Source: Gracilinanus agilis (taxonomy: Eukaryota). Taken from it: 64,000 nt of DNA. The DNA lies in NCBI RefSeq assembly GCF_016433145.1, contig NC_058130.1, positions 601,652,283 to 601,716,282 of the forward strand, given 5' to 3'. Position 1 is the stretch's first letter. Every line of letters starts with the position of its first letter. Made by a program: the position numbers and the translations under genes. The notes below the pieces were generated by a model. The model saw only the letters and a list, made by a program, of their open reading frames with translations. It was not told where the DNA came from and searched no databases. Positions 11,630-25,179 of this stretch are shown here, piece after piece.

Positions 11630-12580
11630 TGACTTGTCTATGAACATTTATTAAGGGCCAACATGTGCTAAGAAAGACAAAAGGCAGGCCCTTCCCACAA
11701 GAAACTCACAAATATGTGTAACTAAGCTATTTATAGAGTAAATAGGAAATGATTAACAGAAGAAAGGCAATAAAATTAAGACAGATTGGGAAATGGTTCC
11801 TGTGGAAATTGGGTTTTTAGTTGAAGGAAATTAGGGTAACCAGGAGGCTAAAATGAGGGAGATTCCCCTGAGAAAATGCCCAGAGCCTTATTCATGGAGC
11901 AGCTAGGAGGCCAGCAACACTGGATTAAAGAATGGGCTGGGCCCAGAGGAAGAGGTGGGCCATCTTGGGTATCAAGGGCTTGGAATAACAAAGGATTTTG
12001 TACTTGGTCCAGGAAGAAACTGAAGTCTTGTGGAGAAAGGAAGAGGAAAATCACTGCAAGATCAGAAGGGAGGATGGTTTGGGGAAGGGAGAGACTTGAG
12101 GCAGGCACTATAGTCCAGCTAGGATGATGGCAAACCGATGACACACAGGACTGACACACATAGCCATTTTCAATGACATATGGGGCCACATGCCAAGGAT
12201 GAAACATTTGCTGTAGTGTACTGTAGACACTCTATGCACTATAGATGACAATTCTACCTATATTTATTTACCTATTTTCATTTATTAAATAGTTATATAT
12301 TATAATTATACATTTTTGTTATTTAAAATATAAATATCACAAAATTATGGGTTTTTTTCCTCGAAATGACATTCCACCCAAATTATGCTCATTTTTTGGT
12401 CGAATTTTGACACACCAAGCTCAAAAGGTTGCCCCATCACTGAGCTAGGAGGTGCTGAAGCTAGGTGAGGTTAGAATGGTGGTAGTGTCAGGAGAGAAGA
12501 ACACTTATGGACAGATGTTGCAGAGGAGAAAATGTGGAAAGTGAGAAATAGTGAAGCATCCAAGATGATTCCCCCATTGC
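11630..12580 (-). mobile_element. L2 fragment interrupted by the hAT MITE at 12125-12442
   Basis: ACATTTATTAAGGGCCAACATGTGC terminus; L2 antisense-like sequence on both sides of the MITE, similar to 55915-56445. Confidence 0.65.
12125..12442. mobile_element. Non-autonomous hAT MITE, same subfamily as 34836-35169
   Basis: Left TIR TGATGGCAAACC (terminal CAG missing), right TIR AGGTTGCCCCATCACTG; perfect 8-bp TSD AGCTAGGA at 12117-12124 and 12443-12450. Confidence 0.9.
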
Positions 12581-13529
12581 AGGGTAGTTGTAGAGTTTTA
12601 TCTACAACACTATATTCAGGGCAAAGATTGTATGTTTTTTAAATGTTTGTACACCCAGAGACATTCAAAACCTTGCTTCATATCAGCAATATCCCTAGGA
12701 ATTTATTAATAGTAAATATTTCTCAAATTAAACCTGGAGTTCAGCAAAGAGCAGCTGGATATTTGCACCCTTTTCTTGAATTACAACTGCTTCTCATCTA
12801 TATTCAGCTGTGAATTTTTTATTGGGGGGGGGGGGGGGTGACAAGTTGTAACATGTCTTACTCTGTTAATGTCTGTAAGAGTTCAGTTCAGAACTTGGTT
12901 TAGTTTGCTTTAAAAACACACACAATCACACACAAAAACAGAGTTAACTAGGAATAAAAGAAAACTTATCAATACTACAGTGATGCTCTGTTTCTTGAAA
13001 GTTGGTACTATGGCAGAAGAGAACCCTTTACTCCCTGACCATCTTTTCTTTCCTGCTCTCTTTCCCTTTCCATCCTACCCTGCCCCAAACCTCAACTGGG
13101 AGTTAACTCACCTTCTACATCTTCTACGCTCATCTTGTACTCCTCAACTCTTTCCCTCCAGAGTTCTGGATTCATAATTAGATCAACCGCATCATCGCTC
13201 TTAGAATGAAAATGTCCCCAGTGGCACCACCAACTTTTCAAACCAAAAACCCTGTGGCATTCCACCATCAAAAAGTAAGCAATGAGATCTGAGATTGTCT
13301 TTGTTTTTCCAGTTCTTAGCCATTTTTAGCACCTATTGGGGTTTAAAACAATATTCATCGATTCTTCCAAAACCACTTAGCATCCAGAACCACTTAGTAG
13401 ATTATTTGGGCTTGAACTATTCAACTGTAAGTATCACAGAACTTTCAAGAAAATTCTAAACAAGTACACCAAGCAAACATAACCACTGCAGAAGACAATA
13501 CATTTAATCTGAATATTTCTTCACCTCTG

Positions 13530-13790
13530 TGGAAGAAGAAAAATTCAGACCTAAGATTTAATCAGTGTGGGAAACTCTCCCTTATGCAGAGAATTCTATG
13601 GCAGAGACAGATCAGGAACTCATATGGCAACCTTCCTCAGTAATAAAAGCTCTTACAGAAGAGCTGCCTGGGGCATGAAGAGGTTAAGTGAATGGCTAAC
13701 TATTAAGAATCTGACCAGGAAGGGATTAAACCCATGTCTTTAGAGTGCCTATATAAAATCAGGGACCTATCCATCACACCATACTGCATT
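13530..13790 (+). mobile_element. Ancient RTE-related SINE fragment (WallSI4/MamSINE1-like)
   Basis: GTGTGGGAAACTC...AGAGCTGCCTGGGGCATGAAGAGGTTAAGTGA; family name from recall. Confidence 0.5.
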
Positions 13791-13845
13791 CCCAATTTTT
13801 TAATTATTCAAAATCGTAGAAACTAAAGATCTATTTAAAGAAAAT

Positions 13846-13923
13846 AAAAAACACACTTAGTAATGCTGAGTAAGAGAGATTATTAAAAAACACACTTAGT
13901 AATACTGAGCAAGAGAGATTATT
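13846..13923. repeat. 39-bp tandem duplication, 2 copies
   Basis: AAAAAACACACTTAGTAAT(G/A)CTGAG(T/C)AAGAGAGATTATT twice, 2 mismatches. Confidence 0.9.
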
Positions 13924-15654
13924 TTCATCCTGTCATTTTATTCGGCCCTTAAAGAAATGGAGCACCACACAACATACATTTAGTGACACATTTGCTTATA
14001 TACATTACACAAAATAGATTTTTATCTTGTTCACACACAGAATAGACGTGCAAAAAAGTGTTAACAGTAATGATCAAAATTCACTCTCAAGGTAGTTGCA
14101 TTATGGATTAAAGCTCATAAGAACACACTTTATTTGTTATCTTAACATTAATTATTATGGACCAACTATGTGAAAATCACTACTAGATATTCTGAAAAAA
14201 AAAAGAGCTATCAATATCTGTCACAAGATATTGAGTTTTCAGTGTAGTGTCAGGAAATGACAAATAAATAAATAAACCTATATAAATGTAAATCTGGCTG
14301 CCACTAATCTATAATCTTTACTGTACTGTCAAATTACAGAGCAAGGAGATCAGGACTTTCTGCAGAGGAAGTATTTTATGTGAGAGATTGGTAAAATGGT
14401 GGAGGGAAGGGGATGTAACTCTCAAGATCAGAATAAGAGATGAACTTTAAATTGATTATTAAGAGGCTCCTTGTAAAATATTTAAAGACCACTGCAAGTC
14501 AAATGATGGCATACTTTCTAATTCTATGGTTAATGGAAATCTGGGAAGACGAATGAAAAAAATATCCCTTTACAAAAACATAAAAGCAATAAACATCTTT
14601 CCCCTAAGGAGATTTTCAGAAAAACTGACACAGTGGATCCTTGCAATGATAGATTTAGAAACACAACTCCTTGACCTGCAACAAATAATAAAACAATCAG
14701 TGGATTCAAAGACACAAAAATTTTTTAAAAGGCCAATAGGCCCCAACTGCCCTCAAGGAGCTTATCTGTATGTATATGGGGAGGTGAGAAAGGAGAACAG
14801 GGAGGAGATAGTTTCTGAACATAATCTCCTCTAAACAGTTTGAGGAAAGCATTTTTTAAAGGTTTTAGAGGAACTTGTATCATTCCACAAATTTCCTCTA
14901 TGTGGGTCAACAAACTACTGTATGATTTCTTTTTATGGCTTTTGATGTGAAAGCAGAATGATCTCTTTAGTCCCTATCTAAGGAAGGAGAAAGAAAAGAT
15001 AAAAATCTATGGCTATAAACAGTTTACTGACTGTACGAGCAATATCCAGCCACAGAGAAGATCAGAACTTAAAAAAAAAAAAAATGCCCGTCCCAAAAAG
15101 GAGGCTGAGCTGATTGATTTCTCCTGTTCCAAGTTCCTTCCCACTGCATACACCTCCACTCCCCATCCACAACACGCAAGACCAGGGAATATTAGTCAGA
15201 ATCTTCTCATGTAGCAGTTATGTGTGTACACAGGTGTATACACCAAATGCAGAAAGACAGGAAAGAAGAAGAAAAAAAGCCACACCAAAGCCCACTAATC
15301 TGCCCCCATAAACCAGAAAGCCCTGTCAGTATGTTAATTAGAACCAGAACCTCAGAAAGCCAAAAAATAAGCAAAACAAAAAAACCTTAAAAGGAATACA
15401 AGCATTTATAACAAGAGGAGGAGGATAGGATTAAATTACTTCCACCATACATGACAATTAAGAATAAATGGTTGGAAACCACAAGATGGCACACAATGCA
15501 GGGAGGAAAAAAAATGCTAGAAACTACTGTATGTGATCAAGAATGATCAAATTCTTCCATTGTCTACTTTAGGGAAGGCTGCAGTTACTGCTGTAAACAC
15601 AATTAGGAAATAACTGGCTCAAGGACAAAAGTCTATACATCTTTAAAACTTGAA

Positions 15655-15840
15655 GACCTGGGTCTGTAGACTTTTTTTGGATTGTGAACCCCTTCAACAA
15701 TCTCATGAAGTCTATGGACCTCTCCTCAGAATCATGTTTTGTAAGTTTTATGTAGAAATTATATAGAAGAAACCAATTACTCTGAAAGTTATCAAAATTG
15801 TTCTTTCAATTTCACAGAACCAAAGGTTAAGAACCTGTTT
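15655..15840. mobile_element. Degenerate Charlie-type hAT MITE
   Basis: GAAGTCTATGGACCTCTCCTCAGAATCATGTTTT...GAAACCAATTA...AGGTTAAGAACC resembles recalled Charlie non-autonomous consensus. Confidence 0.55.
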
Positions 15841-16735
15841 TGAAGCCAGCAAAGAAGACAGGCATAAATATATTTGGGGTGGGAAAAATGGTTCACTTTA
15901 TAACCGCTTTATTATTTCAAACACATTGAGCCTGGGAAAGCATTTTGTACAAAAGCACTGTGTAATTTTAGTTATTGCATACTAATAAAAGCAATATTTT
16001 TTATCTGTATTTTCCATATCCACTTAAAACTTGAGTGAGACCTAATAAAATTAAAATAAACAATTTATAGACTATGATCAATCTAAAAACAGGATCTATT
16101 TTCATACTTCAGGCAATCATCAATGCTAATATTAAGGAATCTATCAGTTAGTATAATAGCCAATGGTGGTACCTATAATTCTCACCACAATATATAAATG
16201 TACTTTAAAAGACCTCAAAAAGCCACTGAAGCCTGCCCCAATTGCTTTGAACCCCAAGGGCCCTTGCACTCCCCCAAAAGACAAACTGTCCACTTCTCTA
16301 TATCTAGAGAGCAAAAAGCTCATTCTCTTGGATAAGCCATATCTTCAAACACTAATGAAAGCAATTACCAATTCCTTCTTGTAGGAGTATGAGGGGGTGA
16401 TTATCATAACAAGTCACTTGTCTGGCAGCCTTACCTGGAAAAGTAAGCAGGAAGTTCAAGAGAGTGCCTGTAGAGTGAAACTATGGGCCCCACAACAAAA
16501 TCATCCCAAAGAAGCAATTCAATTTGTTCTTTAACATCAAGGAACTCAGGCCCAGACTTGGAAATTATTTACTCTAACTTGGCACAAAATACTACTTGCT
16601 CCTACAATAAAGTTTGGTTTTCCTAATTTCACAAGGAGCAGCCTACAAAAGAAGTGGGAACTGTCCACTCTGCAGACATCAGAAAAACAATGTAAATAAT
16701 CTCTGACAAGAGCATTGGATATGAAACTAAAAGAA

Positions 16736-17800
16736 TCTGGTACGGCCAAGCCACCTTTCTTCACATTTATTTTCATTATTTCCCTTGATATTCTTATCTT
16801 TTGTTCTTCTAAATGAACTTTGTTATAGCTTTTTCTAATTCAGTAAAAAAATTTCTTGGTAGTTTGATAGGTATGGCACTAAATAAGTGAATTAATTTAG
16901 CTAGAATAGTCATTTTTATTATGTTAACTTGTCTACGCAATCAATATTTTTCCAATTGGTTAGATCTAGTTTTAATTGTTTGGAAAGTGTTTTGTAGTTG
17001 TGTTCGTGTAATTCCTGTGTTTGTTTTGGTAGATGTATTCCTAAGTATTTTATATTTTCTAGGGTGATTTTAAATGGTATTTCTCTTTCTAACTCTTGCT
17101 GCTGAAATGTGTTGGAAGTATATAGAAATGCTGATGATTTATGTGCATTTATTTTGTATCCTGCAACTTTGCTAAAGTTATTATTTCCACTAGCTTTTTA
17201 GTTGATTCTCTAGGATTTTTTAAGTAGACCATCATATCATCAGTAAAGAGTGATAGTCTCCTCGTTGCCTATTTTAATACCTTCAATTTCTTTTTCTTCC
17301 CTAATTGCTACTGCTAGTGTTTCTAGTACAATGTTAAATATTAGAGGTGATAATGGGCATCCTTGTTTCACTCCTGATCTTAATGGAAAGGCTTCTAATT
17401 TATCCCCATTGCATATGATGCTTGTTGAAGGTTTTAGGTATATACTGTTATTTTTAAGAAAGGTCCTTCTATTCCTATACTTTCTAGTGTTTTCCATAGG
17501 AATGGGTGTTATATTTTGTCAAAGGCTTTTTCAGCATCTATTTGAGATAATCATGTGATTTTTGTTTGTTAGGTTGTTGATACGGTCAATTATGTGGATG
17601 GTTTTCCTAATGTTGAACCATCCTTGTATTCCTAGTATAAATCCCAACTGATCATGATGGATAGCCCTCTTGATCACTTGCTGGAGTCTTTTTGCTAGTA
17701 TTCTACTTAAGATTTTTGCATCTATGTTCATTAGGGAGATTGGTCTGTAGTTCTCTTTCTCTGTTTTTGGTCTGGTTGGCTTTGGAATCAGTAGCATATT
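16736..17800 (-). mobile_element. Inverted 5' part of an L1 insertion: disrupted ORF2 reverse transcriptase region
   Basis: [39 protein letters not shown], frameshifted FTDD (FADD motif) at 17236-17247, KKGGLAVPD at the left end. Confidence 0.95.
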
Positions 17801-18523
17801 GGTGATCCAACCATTCTGGCTGGCAATTTGGAATATGCCCAAAGAGTGCTAAAAGACTGCCTGCCCTTTGATCCAGCCATACCACTACTGGGTTTGTACC
17901 CCAAAGAGATCATAGGAGGAAAGACTTGTACAAAAATATTTATAGCTGCGCTCTTTGTGGTGGCAAAAAACTGGAAAATGAAGATATGCCCTTCAATTGG
18001 GGAATGGCTGAACAAACTGTGGTATATGCTAGTGATGGAATACTATTGTGCTGAAAGGAATAATAAACTGGAGAAATTCCATGTGAACTGGAATGACCTC
18101 TAGGAATTGATGCAGAGTGAAAGGAGCAGAACCAGAAGAACATTGTACACAGAGATGGATACACTGTATTACAATCGAAAGTAACGGACTTCTGCACTAG
18201 CAGCAATGTAATGATCTGTGACTACTCAGAGGGACTTATGATAAAGAACCCTACCCACATTCAGAGGAAGAACTACAAGAGTGTAAGCAGAAGAAAAACA
18301 ACTTCCTGAACACATGGGTTGATGAGGACATGATTTGGGATGTAGCCTCTAAACGACCACCCCCAGAGCACCTATCAATAATATGGAAATAGGTCTTGAT
18401 CAATGACACATATAAAAACCAGTGGAAATGCATGTTGGCTACAGGAAGATGGGGGATCGGGGTGTAAGAACATGAACCATGGAAAATTTTTTCTAAAAAA
18501 ATAAAATTTCAAAAAATAATAAA
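17801..18523 (+). mobile_element. Sense 3' part of the same L1: ORF2 C-terminus, 3' UTR and A-rich tail
   Basis: PFDPAIPLLGLYPKEI...IFIAALFVVAKNWK...GEWLNKLWY; candidate TSD TAAAAGAA(T/C)CT at 16728-16738 and 18524-18534. Confidence 0.92.
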
Positions 18524-21500
18524 TAAAAGAACCTAGATTTCATTTCCAGCACTGACAGTTATACCAATGGGACCCTGAACAAGCCAGTCATTTGACTTCA
18601 ATGATCTAGGTTTCTACATTTGAAAAATGTGGCTCAGTTCAGAGTCATCAAGAAAAAGTTAAAATTATGTTCAAATAGTTCAGTTTAAGAAAGCAGAAGT
18701 GTCTAATTTAGATAAACTCCACTCAAAATAGGTAAAATTAAAAATGCAAATAATACAAATTGGTAGAAAGATCAGTTACTTTAGTCCAAGCAATTATTTC
18801 CCATCTATTATGTTCAAGATACTACCAGGCTCAGAATATAGATTGAATAAAGAATAGTTTTTGCTCTCCTAGAGCTGAAAAAGAATGAAATTTGAGCCTA
18901 AAAAAAAAAAAAGTTGGAAGTCAAAGAGAAAATTAGTTAATGAACTTATAAAGGGAAAAAATATAGGAATTTGGGGAGAAAGCCTCATGGGAACACTTGA
19001 ACTGGACTCTGAAAGAAGGCAAAGATATTGGGAAATTCTGTCTTGTCTTTTGTTCTGTTGAGAGAAAGGGGGATGACAATGGTATTCACAGAAGAAATAG
19101 CAAACAACAGGATGAGATCAAGGAATGCCTAATAATCCATTTTTGGTGGAACACAAAGTGCAAAGGAAGGAAAATATGAAATAAGGATGGGAACAAGAAA
19201 TGGTAAAACAAGATGTACCACTTAGATCCTAGTCTTATCCCTGGATTATTTCATAATACAGTGTTTGCCTTTTGTCCAATCCTCAGGAAAATGGAGACTA
19301 CTGGATCCTATGGTCTGGATATTCTTTCACATCTCCTTCTAAGAACAATTATTTTAAATGCATAAAGAAAAATTCAAAAAGTACAAAGGAAAGGAATTCT
19401 ATGGAAATAGTTATAAAACTATCAAGGTAAAAATACTTCCTATAGAGGAAAAGACATACTAGTACTCTAAGAAGAGTGTGAAAAGGAGATGGGAAAAGCA
19501 GCCACCAATTTTGAGAGGTTCACATGACTGGAGGACAGCTGCCTAACAAATACTTCTAAACCCCTTGAGGATGGGGACTATGTCTTAATTATCTTTCTAT
19601 CTCAGGATTTGCACACAGCAGACATGAAATAAATGGCTGCTGAATGAATGAATATTGAAACAGTAGTGAGCCGTCAGATAAAACACAGGATCATGGGCTT
19701 TGGAATTGGAAGGGACTTTAGAGATCATTTAGCCAAAGCCCCTCATGACACTGCCAATAAATCATATTTGGTTTTGGCATGCATTATAACTTTGCTGCAA
19801 CAGCAAATTTACATGGCTAATTATATTTTTCAACCACAAATATTAAAACTATACTTAATACTCCCATATTTGTAGTAATAGTATGGTGAGTAATCAAAAA
19901 CAATAGGCCCTGCACACAAAAAAAAATCTGAGAGGTTTATGAATGTAAATTACACAACTTAGCTAAAATGTATATAGCTTAGGATGTTATTTTTAAAAAT
20001 AGCTTTGCTTGAGAGAGCACAAGTCTCCCTGAGGCTAACATATTGTAGTAACCAATCAAAAAGTTAAAGATAGTTTGAATTCCCCAACAAGAAGCGACCT
20101 CCAAAAAAAAACAAACAAACAAACAAACAAAAAAAGATTATTAAAAAAGAATGGAGTTTGTTACTTTGGAGATGCCTCTCAAAAAGAAGATAATCCCATT
20201 GTAAAACATAAATCCCAATGGGAAAAAACGAATTCCAGTGGGGAAAAACATTCAGTAAGGAGAGAGTGCAGAATCTCACAAAGTTTTCTTTAAAAAAAAA
20301 AAATTAAAAAAAATTAGTTCTAATTATCTACACTCTTTGGGAGGTTAAAGGTGGCACACAGGTGTTTCCTAAAGACATATTCAACAACCATAAATCAATC
20401 CCCTTCTGATTAACAGGAAAGGCAGAAGATGACAGCAAAGTCTGGGAAAACGGGAGATGTAGAAAGGGAGTGAATGAAGGCAGTGACCCACACATGATGA
20501 GGAAACAACCAACCAAAAAGTTAGACAGAATTCTTAAGAGACCCTTTTAAAATTCCACAGGAAGTAACCACTCCATCACCTCAATTCCATCCCTATCAAG
20601 AATGCTCTATTTTTAATTTCTTTCACCATCTCCCTAGACTCAAAAAGAAATGCTAAAGCTCTCACACCCAAGTGTACTTGGAGCTTCCCATTAGAACTGA
20701 AGGTGAGTTTAGTGACTACCAAAAGAGAATAGCAGAAAAAGTGGATCTTAATTCCTATTGAGCAAAGAGGTTCTTTAATATTTTCAGTAACAACTACTTT
20801 TAAATAAGGAATACTCCAAAATTAAATGGGCAATAGGAAGATATTCTTTACTTATTAATTACTTTGTTTTTAATATAACAATTTGTTGACTTGCACAGTC
20901 TAGCAAGCTTATGAAGTCTTATGTTCTCTCTGCCAAGATCAATGTACATTAGTCTAAACACACTGATCTTAAACAGACTCTGCCTTCTGTCAAAGATAAC
21001 TGAAGAGCAACATTAACTCAGAGAACATCTGCTAAATGTTGGGGGACAAGAGTGACAGGGCATAAAGTTGAGAAATACCAAAAAGCCTTTGCCCCTACCC
21101 CTACCCCAATCCCTAGACAGTGATGGAACTTCTTTTAAAGTAGCTCTCTTTGATGTGAGGCTGCCTCATTTTATAACACAAGACACATTACACTCCCGTC
21201 TACACTGTGTAACCCAAGACATTTTCCCTAATTTAAGTGGCCATAATTAAGAACAGAAATTACTTTGGAGCTGTGTTATCCTATCACCAGCCTTCTGATT
21301 CACAGACACAAATCACAACACTATGAAAAGCCCTTTATGGATTTTAATTAAAATAAAAATTTTGTTTTGAGATTTGGGAAGCAAGTTCATTACATATTTA
21401 CTGCATGTCACAAAATGATACTAAAACCACTATGCAAAATAAATTTCCCCAATACCCTTTTACCTAGACAACATTTTTCAGATCTTTTTCTTACCGTTAT

Positions 21501-21969
21501 CAGAGTCAAAATGATATACAGACATTCACATTTTAATAAACAGGAGAGCCAAATTAGATATTACAGATGTCCCTCCTTTCCATGTGGTCACTCTATGATT
21601 GTTTTTGCTTAACTTTGTGATCAAAATTGTTTAACTTTAGTTATAAGGGAGGGTTCCTGGAGATTTATAGAGACTTGGGATGTAAAAATAAAAAGCATCA
21701 ATAACTGTTTTAATTACATAGAATCTGAGGATCCAGTAAAGGAGTATTATAGAGTAAAGAATATCAGGCCTGAATTAGAAAGGCTGGGTCCTGTTAGCCT
21801 TGTCAGTAACTGTGGGAAATTGACCACAATAGGTCTCAGAACTCCTTATTCACAAAATTTCTTCTGGCTCAAATGTTGCATAAGTAACAATGAATCTTGT
21901 TGAATGAAAATTTTCAAATTTAAATGCAAAAATAAATACTCCTTGATTTTTTTAATCTATACCTCTATG

Positions 21970-22720
21970 ACATATGGCCTCGTTCCCTAGGACTTTTACC
22001 AACCTGGTCACCTTGAAGTTTATCTATGCCCTTAAAATATGGCACGAAGAATTAAACACAATATTCCACATCTGGTCAGAGTTGAACAAAACTACCACCT
22101 CACTTGTCATGATCACCCTCAGACTCTCTTGATGTCATCTAAGACAGCATTAGCTTTTTTAAAGGTCACATCACAAAATTGTGTTTTAGTCCTCTAAAGT
22201 GTCCAAGTCTCTTCTGGAGTAACTACTTTCATCTTAAGTTGATTCCATGAAAATAGTAAAATACTTTACAGTGTTCCCTATTAAACTTATCTTAATCAAG
22301 TCAGGATATGATTCAAGCCTGCTGAGAATTTTTTGCATCTTCACAATGACATCCAATGCCCAACTATTTTGTCCATCCATGGCTTCAAATGCATAACAAC
22401 AAGGATCAATTCCTAGGGGACTCCACTATAGACTTCCCTCCTCACTGAAACTGAGACATTTTTTTTAACCCTTATTTCTGTCTTAAAATCAATACTAAAT
22501 ATTGTGACTTGCCCAAGATCACATAGCTGGGAAGTGTCCGAGGCCACATTTGAATCCAGTACCTCCCATCTCCAGGACTCTATCCACTGTGCTACCCTTG
22601 AAATATAGCCACTAAGAGTCTGGTCACAAAAATCTCCCTAATTTTATCATCATCTAGTCCATATCCCTCTATCTTAGACACAAGAATAGCATGGTAAAAT
22701 TTGTTAAATGTCTTAAAGAC
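21970..22720 (-). mobile_element. L3/CR1 LINE fragment interrupted by a SINE
   Basis: CR1 antisense-like motifs (AAAATATGGCAC...ACACAATATTCCACATCTGGTC; AATTCCTAGGGGACTCCACTA) flank the SINE. Confidence 0.6.
22458..22597 (-). mobile_element. SINE1_Mdo-type SINE with internal deletion
   Basis: TTTTTTAACCCTTA...AATCAATACT joined to GTGACTTGCCCAAGATCACATAGCTGGGAAGTG. Confidence 0.8.
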
Positions 22721-23447
22721 AAACAGTTATATAAACTAAATAAATATTTTTATAAAGATTTATGAAATTATATTATAGCACATGAATACTTTTAGAAAGG
22801 TCAACATGTATTTAACTCATGGGTTACATATAGTTAATGGGATTTAAATAATTTCCTCTCTCCTTTCTTGCTAAATATGATTGGTAATAAATATTTTGTG
22901 CCTGAAGAGAGAGTAACGGTACGATACTATTTAAGGTAGGTAGGATACAATACTTTTTAAACAACCATTCTGGGTCTTTAGGACCATTAAATGATATTTA
23001 ACCACCATAAGGATCTTTAAACCTCCACCTATGATTAAGATTGTTGTACATATTTATTGAGAGGCAAGGGAAAGAGAGAGTCTCTAATGAATGAAAAAAA
23101 AGTATCTACATTGACATTTTAAAAAAACTTCCTTTCAATGTTGGGCCAGATAGAAAAGTACCAAGCAACTGATGCACCCCAAGATCACTATGTGAACAGA
23201 CAGTGAAGGGCTAAAAACTCTCAACTACCAAATCCAAGGAGGTAGGAATTTCCCTGAATAAAGAGAAAATAGAGGAATTCGAATGAGGAAGGACTCAGTA
23301 TTTCCACTTAAATAAACACTTTGCTGCTTCTTTATTTATCCCTTCCATCCTGTCAGAGGCAACTCCCATTCCTCTTAAAGAGGATCCCCTACTGGCACTG
23401 TGGTTGGTGTTATAAAACATAATTAACATAGGCTGTTAGAGAGGGGG

Positions 23448-23807
23448 NNNNNNNNNNNNNNNNNNNNNNNNNNNNNNNNNNNNNNNNNNNNNNNNNNNNN
23501 NNNNNNNNNNNNNNNNNNNNNNNNNNNNNNNNNNNNNNNNNNNNNNNNNNNNNNNNNNNNNNNNNNNNNNNNNNNNNNNNNNNNNNNNNNNNNNNNNNNN
23601 NNNNNNNNNNNNNNNNNNNNNNNNNNNNNNNNNNNNNNNNNNNNNNNNNNNNNNNNNNNNNNNNNNNNNNNNNNNNNNNNNNNNNNNNNNNNNNNNNNNN
23701 NNNNNNNNNNNNNNNNNNNNNNNNNNNNNNNNNNNNNNNNNNNNNNNNNNNNNNNNNNNNNNNNNNNNNNNNNNNNNNNNNNNNNNNNNNNNNNNNNNNN
23801 NNNNNNN
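23448..23807. other. Assembly gap (360 N) flanked by G runs
   Basis: N run, with GAGGGGG before and an approximately 33-nt G-rich run after. Confidence 0.99.
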
Positions 23808-25179
23808 CGTGGAGGGGGGGGGCGGGGGGGGGGGGGGGGGGGATTTTCTAGACTCTCTGTCAAAATAGAGGAGTGGGAAGGGAACCCACAAGATGAGGAA
23901 ATATCAACTAAATGCATACACCTCATGAAGGATAACAAGCAAACTAATGGAAAAAAACCATGCGCAACACACAAACACAACCACATTGCCTGGTTTCTGC
24001 TAAAAACCACGAGAGATATTTCCATCCCTAAGAATATCCCAACTTCATAGAACAAAATAGTCAAGGACCTTTGTGTGACACTGGAAATAACTGGTATATG
24101 GCAGCACAACAGAGGGAAGTACAATGTGGGCGTAGAAGGAAAGTTGTCCTTTTGAAAACAGTTTCCTCTCTTTCTTCTAAATGAAGAAAAACAGGCAATA
24201 ATCAGTGAGTTTATAATAGAGAATACTCACGGAGCACCTGCCCTCACATTTTTTGTCTCTTCAAGGTTTAAGCAATAAGACTGATGGAAGTGGAAATGCT
24301 ACCCACCCCATCCCTTTGAAAAAAAGATGGCGTCAGGGTCTAGACTCATTTTACCTTCACAAATCACTCTGAGCCTCATAGAACAATGTCAAAAGCTCTG
24401 TTGGAACACAGGTCTACTGAAATCAATATTTTTATTATGCTATGTTTAAAGAAATGTTCCTAGTCCACCTTGCACGTCCAGCTACAAAGTAAGAAGCATT
24501 TTTAAAAGCACTACAGGTAAAAATACAAGTCCATAAATATGACTACTACCACAGCTCAGAATGGAGTGTCGAGACTAAAAACCCCACCAGAGTTCCAGAA
24601 GCAAATGATGGAGGGGTGGGGAAAATGGTCCTATTTAAATATATTTAACCATTCCCAAAAAATTATCAATCCAAGTGTGAGATCTGTCCCACTCTACCTC
24701 TCCCTTACACACACCATACTTTCAACTTTTATAGATACCTACAGGTCCTAGATTTCTTCCCCTGAATTTACCTAGACAGGGAAAATAGGAACATATGGAA
24801 AGAGTCAAACACTTTCACAAGTCAGACTCGCTGAAGATAAAGGTCACCAGGACAAGATGCATAGTCCACGCTACACTTACATAATAATAAGTTGCTCCTG
24901 TGTCAATTAATTCTGCTGAACTAATTTCTTGTTTTTGTTTGTTGTCATAAGGGTGGCCCCTTTAGGAGAGGAAAGAAAATATTGGGAAATGAAGGTGATA
25001 CCTTAAAATATGAAAAAAAAAAAACTTTCTAAAAAGAAAGCTGACTGAAAGCAAACATTACTTCTATCATCCCGCAAATAGTGCAAGAAATATAGTGGAA
25101 ATGTCTGTAAGGGTTAATATGAATTAAGGTTGCAACAGCTACCTTGGAGCCAGATTATTTAAGATCTTAAATAAAGAAT

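Noticed and set aside
21118-21140. CAGTGATGGAACTTC resembling a fourth hAT left TIR after TCCCTAGA
   Set aside because: No matching right TIR or TSD found nearby
23423-24124. 233-aa and 151-aa ORFs; likewise the 173-225 aa ORFs at 55355-56032
   Set aside because: Length comes from untranslatable N runs
24231-24416. 186-nt minus-strand exon with donor TCC|GTGAGT
   Set aside because: Weak polypyrimidine tract and stops in all three frames
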